In this document: positions 42,901-56,286 of the stretch, piece by piece
How positions within the stretch are numbered: the stretch's first letter is position 1
Layout of the letters: the number at the start of each line of letters is the position of its first letter
Assembly (NCBI GenBank): GCA_051294375.1
Contig: JBJCIZ010000239.1
Span: 1,506,581-1,570,580, forward strand
Direction of reading: 5' to 3'
Source: Paraspadella gotoi
Taxonomy: Eukaryota; Animalia; Chaetognatha
DNA: 64,000 bases
Translations under genes and position numbers: made by a program
The notes under the pieces: model-generated
What the model was told of the DNA's origin: nothing
The model's input: the letters and a program-made list of their open reading frames with translations, nothing else
Databases searched by the model: none

Positions 42901-43024
42901 TGACAGAGTCTTCTTCGATTTCCGTTTCTCCCGAATCGCTGGGCAAAAGCCGATCGAAATCGGGAAGGAGGGAGACGGAGGCGGACATTGTTATCGTTTC
43001 GAAGGGAAGAGATGGAAAAGTCAA
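39941..43024 (-). CDS. STAND-class (NB-ARC-like) NTPase with C-terminal TPR-like repeats; long exon 40160-43024 (first ATG 42988) plus terminal exon 39941-40099
   Basis: Walker A HGPPGIGKTELA, Walker B YLFILDGCE, LILTS sensor-like motif, GxP motif AQGNPLFL, MHD-like LSVHNFVRE, and KLC-type TPR LGDHEQTATAYKRLGDFY. A 60-nt GT-AG intron (40100-40159) joins in frame to a 53-codon last exon. Confidence 0.82.
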
Positions 43025-44778
43025 GCTTGGGCCAGCATCAACGCGCGACTTATAAGATCATCTCTCTCTCAATCACTGAGGAACATGGAAAAGTCAAGCT
43101 TGTGGCAGCTTCAACGCCGACCTTATAAGATCATCTCTCTCTCAATCACTGAGGAAAAGCAAGCTTGTGGCAGCTTCAACGCGCGACCTTATAGAGCATC
43201 TCTCTCTCAATCACTGATGGAAAAGCCAAGCTTGTGGCAGCATCAACGCGCGACCTTATAAGAGCATCTCTCTCTCAATCACTAGGAACTGATGAAAAGT
43301 CAAGCTTGTGGCAGCTTCAACGCGCGACCTTATAAGATCATCTCTCTCTCAATCACTGATTGGAAAAGTCAAGCTTGTGGCAGCATCAACGCCCGACCTT
43401 ATAAGACATCTCTCTCTCAATCACTGATGGAAAAGCCAAGCTTGTGGCAGCATCAACGCGCGACCTTATAAGACATCTCTCTCTCAATCACTACGACTGA
43501 TGGAAAAGTCAAGCTTGTGGCAGCATCAACGCGCGACCTTATAAGATCATCTCTCTCTCAATCACTGATGGTAAAAGCCAAGCTTGTGGCAGCTCAACGC
43601 GCGACCTTATAAGATCATCTCTCTCTCAATCACTGATGAAAAGTCAAGCTTGTGGCAGCTCAACGCGCGACCTTATAAGATCATCTCTCTCTTCAATCAC
43701 TGATGGAAAAGCAAGCTTGTGCAGCTCAACGCGCGGACCTTATAAGGTCATCTCTCTCTCAATCACTGATGGAAAAGTCAAGCTTGTGGCAGCATCAACG
43801 AGCGAACTTATAAGATCATCTCTCTCTCAATCACTGAGGAACTGATTGGAAAAGCCAGCTTGTGGCAGCATCAACGCGCGACCTTATAAGATCATCTCTC
43901 TCTCAATCACTGAGTGGAAAAAGCCAAGCTTGTGGCAGCTATCAACGCGCGACCTTATAAGAATCATCTCTCTCATCACTGAGGTACTGATGGAAAGTCA
44001 AGCTTGTGGCAGCTTCAACGCGCGACCTTATAAAGTCATCTCTTCTCAATCACTGATGGAAAAGTCCAAGCTTGTGGCAGCATCAACGGCGACCTTATAA
44101 GATCATCTCTCTCTCAATCACTGATGGAAAAGTCAAGCTTGTGGCAGCTTCAACGCGCGACCTTATAAGATCATCTCTCTCTCAATCACTGGAATGAGAA
44201 AAGCAAGCTTGTGGCAGCATCAACGCGCGACTTATAAGATCATCTCTCTCTCAATCACTGAGTGAGGAAAAGTCAAGCTTGTGGCAGCTTCAACGCGCGA
44301 CCTTATAAGATCATCTCTCTCTCAATCACTGATGAGAAAGCAAGCTTGTGGCAGCTTCAACGGCGCGACCTTATAAGATCATCTCTCTCTCAATCACTGA
44401 GGAACTGATGAAAAGTCAAGCTTGTGGCAGCATCACGCGCGAACTTATAAGATCATCTCTCTCTCAATCACTGAGGAACTGATGAGAAAAGTCAAGCTTG
44501 TGGCAGCTTCAACGCGCGACCTTATAGAGATCATCTCTCTCTCAATCACTGAGGAATGATGGAAAAGTCAAGTTGTGCAGCTCAACGCGACCTTATAGAT
44601 CATCTCTCTCTCAATCACTGATGGAAAGCAAGCTTGTGGCAGCATCAACGGCGATTATAAGATCATCTCTCTCTCATCACTGAGGAACTAAAAGTCAAGC
44701 TTGGGCAGCATCAACGAGCGACTTATAAGATCATCTCTCTCTCAATCACTGAGGAACTGATGGAAAAGCCAAGCTTGC
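43010..44778. repeat. Tandem array of ~24 units, 68 bp (76 bp with a gaggaact insert)
   Basis: Consensus gatggaaaag(t/c)caagcttgtggcagc(a/t)tcaacgcgcgaccttataagatcatctctctctcaatcact[gaggaact]; scattered single-base indels; no unique spacers. Confidence 0.95.
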
Positions 44779-44973
44779 ATTTTCTCTATCCTCGAGTAAA
44801 TCTAAAGAAAAATTAAAGAAATCGAGATAAACCTAAACTAAATTCTTAACAAGAAAGAAGCCATCATCCTGGCAAAAAAGACCGAAAAGTAGTAACGATA
44901 ACAATATAGGTTTTCATGAAAAGAATGAAATAACGACACTTGTAAAAAGTAAATAACGATGATATTAATAAAC

Positions 44974-45001
44974 AAATATTGCAACATTGTTTGCAATATT
45001 T
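44974..45001. other. 11-bp perfect inverted repeat (aaatattgcaa-cattgt-ttgcaatattt)
   Basis: Read directly; the same sequence recurs at ~53969 and partially at 53631. Confidence 0.6.
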
Positions 45002-45103
45002 TTAAGCAACGATTCGTCCGAGCGCTCAAAGTTTATTTTAACGAATAATTGTAGCAGATTAATTTGTAAATTTGTACCATATTACAACAGAGATATCCCT
45101 CTG

Positions 45104-46963
45104 TTAGATAATCGTTGAAATGAGGGGAGTTAAGCGATCCCGGCTTGAACCTCGTTCCCCGCCCGAACCCGTCCTCCTTCCGGTCGAAACTCGAAGCTCG
45201 TCGTCGAAACTGAAGTCGGAAAAGTCGGAAGAGTTGGCGCTGGGGATTGAAAAGGGAACGAGGTCGCGATGAAGAGACGTTGAAGGGGAAGACGATTCGT
45301 TGACGACGAGAGAGTCGAGCGTCGCGTCCGCTTCTTCTTCTGGAGACTCCGGGACGTCCGATGGAAAAATGCGAAGGTCGTCAATGGCGAGGGGCGTGGC
45401 GGGAACGTGGGAGGCGGTCAACTCGAAGTCGTAGAGCGGCGCTGAAAGAATTATGAAATTTATCTTGATAAAGAATGAAAAATTAATTATTTAATCCATC
45501 GACAGTCCACAAAACAAAAATAAGTAGGCTACTAATTATGAAAATCGAATCGAAAATTAAAATCCTGATCCATGAACTTGTCCCGAAAACTCACTAGGAT
45601 TCTTCAACCAGTCGAACGTAGCGTAACACCAACGATAACAGGCGTCCGAGGTGCAAGCCGCTTCTTTGACGTCATGAAACCAACATCGAGTCTTCGGCGA
45701 ATATTCCACTTGAGATCCGTCAGCGTCGCCGTAGGATCCGGCGCAGGTTCCATCCTCGGCAGCGTCGCTCGCTCGAGCAGCGTCAGCAGCAGCTCTTCCA
45801 GCGGCAGCACCTCGAGACGTTCCCACTCGCAGAGCCACTCGTCGTCCTTGTCGGCCGCGTCGGCCAGCCAGCGATAGCAGGCCGACGCCATTTCGACGCC
45901 GCTCTCTCCTCGTCTCGGCGCCGATCGAGCGTGAAGAGGGTCGGCAAGGGGCGCCGCCCGGCGTCGGTGAGAAAGGCGACGATCATGCGGCAGAGGCGCC
46001 CGTGATCGCGATAGGCGAGGCGGAGGAGATCGGCGTCGGCGAGCGGGTTGTTGGGAGGGAGAAAGTCGAAATCGGGAGGCGAAGCGGGTGAGGAAAGGGA
46101 CGCGATGAACGGATTCCGAGCGAGACTTTTCTTCGAGTCCGAGAAACGGCGGGAGACGGACTGGATCCACGAAGGAGTGGACCGGTGCGGACGACGCCTT
46201 CGACGACGGAGAACTCGAAAAGGCTGAACTCGCAGGGGACGAAGGGTCGGCGGACGAAGCACTCGAAGTTGACGAGAAAGAACCGGCGTTGAGCCAAGGC
46301 GGGGCCGGAGGGAAGAGAAGACAAACGAGTCTTCATCTCCCGGAGAAACGCGCGGCGGCCGAGTTTTCTTCGCCGAGGCGCTCGTGGGCGGAGGCGATGG
46401 CGCCTTTGACGCGAGCGAGGCGTCGAAGGCGGGAAAAGTCCAGTCGAGGATCGTAAGTAAATTGTCCCGCTTTCGCCATGGCTTCGTAAGGGGATCTGAG
46501 GGTTAAGTAGAATTAAATACAATTAAATGTAATGAAAGAGGTTAGCAAATAACGGCGTTTTTTGTTTGTTGTTGTTTTGTTTTTTTGTTCTAATTCAAGC
46601 TTAAGCATATCTCTGAGAGCCAGATTTATGTATTTCACATTATCTTTTTTAGTTCTAATTTTCTTCCGAACCCTTTTAAAAAGAGTGTCTTCACCTTTGA
46701 TCGATTACGAGTTCAAAACCTAAAAATAACCTCGAGTCATCAGAAAAAAAAACCAAATCTTGCTTCGTCAGGCTGATTCGGATTCTTCTTGGATTAACTC
46801 TCCCAACCAGTTTAACTTACTTTTCCTCGAGACTGAGCCGGCTCCACTCCTCGGTGGCGGCCTTTTCGTTGACCAGATGCCACGTGGCGTGCTTCATCCC
46901 GTTTCGACGCAGATCGAAAACGATCTCGTCAACGAAGTAACAGAACTTGTTGCGCTTCGGCAT
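45104..46963 (-). CDS. mael: Maelstrom, copy A (frameshifted, likely by sequencing errors)
   Basis: Same exons as 54128-55964, broken by 1-bp indels. Confidence 0.7.
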
Positions 46964-47261
46964 TTGGTCTTTAGCAGTCCAGTCGAATCAGGCGCAGTCT
47001 AACAAGTCATATAGTAGGCTGCCTAAATCACGAAAATAAAACCATTTTCATGCAAATATTGTAATTAATAAAAACACACACGATAAAAAGGCCAAAAGGC
47101 GTCAAGAATCGGACATTTAAATATTAAATACGTATCAAAGGCTTTTGGTGTAAATAAACGAGAGATCTTATTCGAACATTTTCCTAAAGATAGCCTTATC
47201 CATTTATCACAAAACATAAGAACGAGACAATTAAATTTAAATTAGCACGTTTACCCTTGAA

Positions 47262-49799
47262 CTACGAAACAATCCCATAGATTTTTAAAACAACGGCTTC
47301 CAAACGTTTCCTTTCCAAGAGCCAAAAGAGTCTTTGGTTTTTTGAAAAACGGCGGGAGGTCTGTTTGTTTTTCTTCGCTACCTTGACGACGATATCCTTG
47401 AGCCGCCACGACGTTTCCAGATCCCGAATTTTAGTTCGAATTTTGTCCAAACGATCCAAGGAACCGTCCATGGACGAATGACCGAAAGGCGTGGCGAAGA
47501 AGACTCGCACCGTTCAAGGAACGGACTAGTGGAGGCGAAATCGATAACCAATTCCAAGTCTCGTCGCCCCGAATCGGAAGATCGACGGCGAGGGATTGAC
47601 GCCCCGGAATACAGCGTCCATCGCTCGTTCCGGCGAGTAGTTCACCGCCGGAATTCACCGTCACGTCCAATGCGACGAGCGACTTCGTCTCCGCCAAGAC
47701 GACGCCCAAAGACTTTTCTTGTTCCCGGCGTGTCCACGCGGACCGTCAATTCGCGGAGGAATTCGAACGTCCTATTCGCTGAATACATGTCGTATTCGAT
47801 GGCGGAAGCCGCTGCGATGGGACAGATCTCGAGGCATTCCAAGAGCCGAGGAATCTGGAGAAAAAATGCGACGACTTTGGCGGGAACGCGACCGCGAACG
47901 CGAAGACGGCGAAAGTAAAAACGATAAAAGTGGTTGGGACGATCGTAGACGCCGGTATTAAAGTATTCGTCTTCGCCGCCGACCTCGTCCTCGGGAAAGA
48001 CGATCGTCGCACGCTCGAGATTCTTCGCTTCTTGACAAAACGAGACGCAGGGCCCGAAATCGGAAGGAGTCTTCGACCGAATCGTGACTTCGGTGAATCG
48101 AGTGGTAATCGTATGAAAATCGTACAACGATTTGGAGAAAGAGAAAAATTTGAGAAGCGAATCTCCTCGAGTTCCTCGCGTCGGTCGAGGTTTTTGAAGA
48201 GACGACGTTCGAGATCGTCCGGGAGAAAATCGTCTCCGCAGGGAAGGGAGACTTGAAAGCGTCGAAGGCGCCGAGACAATCCGCGCGAAAGGGCGGGATG
48301 GCGCGGGTTGAAAAGAACAAGTCTGTGGACGACGAAGCTTTCCAAGTTGCGAAAGATGACGAAAGACCATGGCCAGGGTGGGCTCGTCCAGCTCCATGTT
48401 CGTCACTGTCAGGTGTATTAAGTTGTCGGCGAGTAATGAAGGTTGAGAATCGCTGTTGTAAAAAAATGTAAGGATTCAACATAATACTACAACTAGTTCG
48501 CGTTAAGAGATAAAAAACCGGCCATAGAATCGGTTAAGAATTGATTTGAATAACAGACAACCTTCATAATTTATCAAAATTCAAAACTACTTAAAAAACA
48601 AGCTCGTCATGTCCATCCCAAACGTCTTGAGTTCTAAGCTTCCCAGCTTATCGCAATTCTGCAGCGGCGCGAAGAACCTCGGCTCAGCTTTCGTCAACCG
48701 GTACACGGTGACTTGGATCTTGCCACGCCAGGCGTGGCCGAGCAGCGCCAGGCCCAGGAGGTCTCCAGACGCGATATCAACTCGATATCCTCGGGAAGAA
48801 AAGCTCCGGAGAGACGCTCCAGCCGCGGAAAAGACTGGATTCCGGATCTCGGCGACGCCGGAGAGGACTCGCACGAAAACGGGCGTCGGCCGGCATCGAG
48901 AGGCGCCGTAGCCGATCGTTGAGCGGCTCGAGAGCTTGAGCCAGAGCCTTCGAGGCTCGGTCCATCTCGTCCGGGTAGCAGACGATGTGTTCGCGAAAGG
49001 CCCCGGAGAAGTCGAGCTCCGTCAGCGAGGAGAGATGGGAGAAAGGAAAAAGAGCGGAGGAGGAGGAGAGGGTCGGCGGAAGATTCGGAGTCGTTTTCGA
49101 TCTCGAAGCCGGGGCTGCGGCTGAGGCGGAGACACTTGAGCTGCGGCTGGCGGAGGTGAACGAATTCGGAGGAGAATCGGAGGAAGCGCATCCATTCTTG
49201 GCCTTTGGCCGGGGAAGGGGGGGCAGGGGGGGTGTTGAAGTGGGCCGTTAAACTTAGAGTGCTCGAGTGCTTGTATAGGAGCGGAACCGATTCTATGATT
49301 TATTCATAGACTTACTAAACAATATCGATGAAAAGATAAAAACAAAAAGAAACGCATGCTTATTGAACTCCTCTCGCCTAAAGCAGAGGAGTTTTAAAAA
49401 ACCATTTTGTAACCTATTTCAAATACATTTTAAATTTTAAATTTTCGTAAGGTAAAATCCCGCCTCGACCACCTTTTCCCCTTTTCAACTGACCGAAATC
49501 GATACGACACCAAGCCGCGGTTCGTTAGCGACGACGCGAAAAAATCTGCACGTTGCCGAGACCGAAAATCAAATCCTGAGATCCAAATATCGCAGAATTT
49601 TCTCCCAAACTTCGCGCGGAATCATCGGCGAGGTCATCGTCGGTTTTTCGTCCACGGGCGAGGGTCGTTGCCGGGACGGAAAATGGGAACTTTGTGACTT
49701 TGCCAGCGGAGTGAGTCGGACGGAGGGAAAGGGTTCTCGGCCACGCGAAAGCGAAAGTCTACCGAGTTTACCCTTCGGCCGCTCTCCCTTCTCTTTCAT
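47262..49799 (-). CDS. F-box/LRR-like gene, copy A (frameshifted)
   Basis: Duplicate of 56287-58806 with indels. Confidence 0.6.
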
Positions 49800-50304
49800 C
49801 TGGGAATAAAAAAAAAAAAAAAAAAAAAAAACAATTGCGGAGAGTAGTATAGTAATATAATAATTTAACGGAGAAATTCCAGAAAAATATTGACAAACGG
49901 ATCGGTGCTTGAAAAAAAATCTTGAATTTGAACTTTTTTGGGGGGAAAATTTTGGTTCGCCGCTCCCTTTACAATGTAGACTCGAGAAAATAAAACGGCG
50001 AACGGAAAAACCAAAAAAGGCGGTGAGCCTTTTTGAAAAACCTGATATTTAAACGCGCGAGCGATCAGAGTTTGTCGAAGAAGAAGGAGAATCAATTGTG
50101 AAAAAAATAATGCGAATAAAATTCGATGAAATAATTTTTGTGACGATCGAGAGGAAAAACAAAAAGGCGGAACGACTAGGAATTTGAGGGGTAGGGTGGG
50201 GGCCGAGGGGGGGGAGTAAAAGGGGGGATGGAAAGAGAGAAGATTGAAGAGAGAGAGAGAGAGAGAGGAAAATAAAAGGCCAAAACGGCGCGCCTTTCGT
50301 CCCT

Positions 50305-53262
<2,958 letters not shown>

Positions 53263-53605
53263 CACTTTTTTCTGAGGGATGGAAAGAAGGGCTTTGAAAA
53301 AGAAGGGCTTTGAAGAGAAGGTTGTTTAGGAATCGAAAAAGGTCGTTGAAGGGCATTTAATAAATTGTTACAAAAGAACAGTGTAAGTAAATCGACTAAA
53401 ATCCAGTCCTGTAACAAATCGATTTCGAAGCTCAGGGACTGCTTATTGAGCAGTGCATAAATAAGTAAAAAATAATAAATAAACGGTATTATCACTTTCT
53501 CATAACAATTACATCTGAAAAGGTACCCTACACAGAAGTAAAGTCACGAGAAGGCGGGAAATAATATATTAACATCCAGGAAATCTTATACGGCGGGAGA
53601 CCAAA

Positions 53606-53731
53606 NNNNNNNNNNNNNNNNNNNNNNNNNTTGCAACATTGTTTGCAATATTTTTAAGCAACGATTCGTCGCGAGCGCTCAAAGTTTATTTTAACGAATA
53701 ATTCTAACAATATAATAATATNNNNNNNNNN
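53606..53731. other. Assembly gaps (25 N and 10 N) flanking a 91-bp fragment that repeats ~44979-45050
   Basis: N runs at 53606-53630 and 53722-53731. Confidence 0.97.
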
Positions 53732-54127
53732 CTCTCTCAATCACTGAGGAACTGATGGAAAAGCCAAGCTTGCATTTTCTCTATCCTCGAGTAAATCTAA
53801 AGAAAAATTAAAGAAATCGAGATAAACCTAAACTAAATTCTTAACAAGAAAGAAGCCATCATCCTGGCAAAAAAGACCGAAAAGTAGTAACGATAACAAT
53901 ATAGGTTTTCATGAAAAGAATGAAATAACGACACTTGTAAAAAGTAAATAACGATGATATTAATAAACAAATATTGCAACATTGTTTGCAATATTTTTAA
54001 GCAACGATTCGTCCCGAGCGCTCAAAGTTTATTTTAACGAATAATTGTAGCAGATTAATTTGTAAATTTGTAACCATCATTACAACAGAGATATCCCTCT
54101 GTTAGATAATCGTTGAAATGAGGGGAG

Positions 54128-55964
54128 TTAAGCGATCCGCGGCTTGAACCTCGTTCCCCGCCCGAAACCCGTCCTCCTTCCGGTCGAAACTCGAAGCTCG
54201 TCGTCGAAACTGAAGTCGGAAAAGTCGGAAGAGTTGGCGCTGGGGATTGAAAAGGGAACGAGGTCGCGATGAAGAGACGTTGAAGGGGAAGACGATTCGT
54301 TGACGACGAGAGAGTCGAGCGTCGCGTCCGCTTCTTCTTCTGGAGACTCCGGGACGTCCGATGGAAAAATGCGAAGGTCGTCAATGGCGAGGGGCGTGGC
54401 GGGAACGTGGGAGGCGGTCAACTCGAAGTCGTAGAGCGGCGCTGAAAGAATTATGAAATTTATCGTGATAAAGAATGAAAAATTAATTATTTAATCCATC
54501 GACAGTCCACAAAACAAAAATAAGTAGGCTACTAATTATGAAAATCGAATCGAAAATTAAAATCCTGATCCATGAACTTGTCCCGAAAACTCACTAGGAT
54601 TCTTCAACCAGTCGAACGTAGCGTAACACCAACGATAACAGGCGTCCGAGGTGCAAGCCGCTTCTTTGACGTCATGAAACCAACATCGAGTCTTCGGCGA
54701 ATATTCCCACTTGAGATCCGTCAGCGTCGCCGCAGGATCCGGCGCAGGTTCCATCCTCGGCAGCGTCGCTCGCTCGAGCAGCGTCAGCAGCAGCTCTTCC
54801 AGCGGCAGCACCTCGAGACGTTCCCACTCGCAGAGCCACTCGTCGTCCTTGTCGGCCGCGTCGGCCAGCCAGCGATAGCAGGCCGACGCCATTTCGACGC
54901 CGCTCTCTCCGTCTCGGCGCCGATCGAGCGTGAAGAGGGTCGGCAAGGGGCGCCGCCCGGCGTCGGTGAGAAAGGCGACGATCATGCGGCAGAGGCGCCC
55001 GTGATCGCGATAGGCGAGGCGGAGGAGATCGGCGTCGGCGAGCGGGTTGTTGGGAGGGAGAAAGTCGAAATCGGGTGAGGCGAAGCGGGTGAGGAAAGGG
55101 ACGCGATGAACGGATTCCGAGCGAGACTTTTCTTCGAGTCCGAGAAACGGCGGGAGACGGACTGGATCCACGAAGGAGTGGACCGTGCGGACGACGCCTT
55201 CGACGACGGAGAACTCGAAAAGGCTGAACTCGCAGGGGACGAAGGGTCGGCGGACGAAGCACTCGAAGTTGACGAGAAAGAACCGGCGTTGAGCCAAGGC
55301 GGGGCCGGAGGGAAGAGAAGACAAACGAGTCTTCATCTCCCGGAGAAACGCGCGGCGGCCGAGTTTTTCTTCGCCGAGGCGCTCGTGGGCGGAGGCGATG
55401 GCGCCTTTGACGCGAGCGAGGCGTCGAAGGCGGGAAAAGTCCAGTCGAGGATCGTAAGTAAATTGTCCCGCTTTCGCCATGGCTTCGTAAGGGGATCTGA
55501 GGGTTAAGTAGAATTAAATACAATTAAATGTAATGAAAGAGGTTAGCAAATAACGGCGTTTTTTGTTTGTTTGTTGTTTTGTTTTTTTGTTCTATTCAAA
55601 GCTTAAGCATATCTCTGAGAGCCAGATTTATGTATTTCACATTATCTTTTTTAGTTCTAATTTTCTTCGAACCCTTTAAAAAGAGTGTCTTCACCTTGGA
55701 TCGATTACGAGTTCAAAACCTAAAAATAACCCTCGAGTCATCAGAAAAAAAAACCAAATCTTGCTTCGTCAGGCTGATTCGGATTCTTCTTGGATTAACT
55801 CTCCCAACCAGTTTAACTTACTTTTCCTCGAGACTGAGCCGGCTCCACTCCTCGGTGGCGGCCTTTTCGTTGACCAGATGCCACGTGGCGTGCTTCATCC
55901 CGTTTCGACGCAGATCGAAAACGATCTCGTCAACGAAGTAACAGAACTTGTTGCGCTTCGGCAT
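54128..55964 (-). CDS. mael: Maelstrom, piRNA-pathway HMG-box + MAEL-domain protein (exons 55822-55964, 54595-55496, 54128/54169-54441)
   Basis: HMG box MPKRNKFCYFVDEIVFDLRRNG...WSRLSLEEK/SPYEAMAK. MAEL domain FFLVNFE..RPFVPCEFSLFEFSVVEGVVRTVHSFVDP...SESVHRVP and WEYSPKTRCWFHDVKEAAC, with the E-C-H-C Zn motif intact. Splice phases are compatible (AA|GTAAGT, A|GTGAGT). Confidence 0.92.
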
Positions 55965-56286
55965 TTGGTCTTTAGCAGTCCAGTCGAATCAGGCGCAGTC
56001 TAACAAGTCATATAGTAAGCTGCCTAAATCACGAAAATAAAACCATTTTCATGCAAATATTGTAATTAATAAAAACACACACGATAAAAAGGCCACAAAA
56101 GGCGTCAAGAATCGGACATTTAAATATTAAATACGTATCAAAGGCTTTTGGTGTAAATAAACGAGAGATCTTATTCGAACATTTCCTAAAGATAGCCTTA
56201 TCCATTTATCACAAAACATAAGAACGAGACAATTAAATTTAAATTAGCACGTTTACCCTTGAGACTACGAAACAATCCCATAGATT

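Noticed and set aside
40151-43024. Bacterial contamination or recent HGT of the STAND ORF
   Set aside because: It has an in-frame spliceosomal intron and terminal exon and is contiguous with host genes. An ancient origin cannot be judged from this window.
43010-44778. CRISPR-like array
   Set aside because: Units are contiguous with no unique spacers, there are no cas genes, and the context is eukaryotic and spliced.
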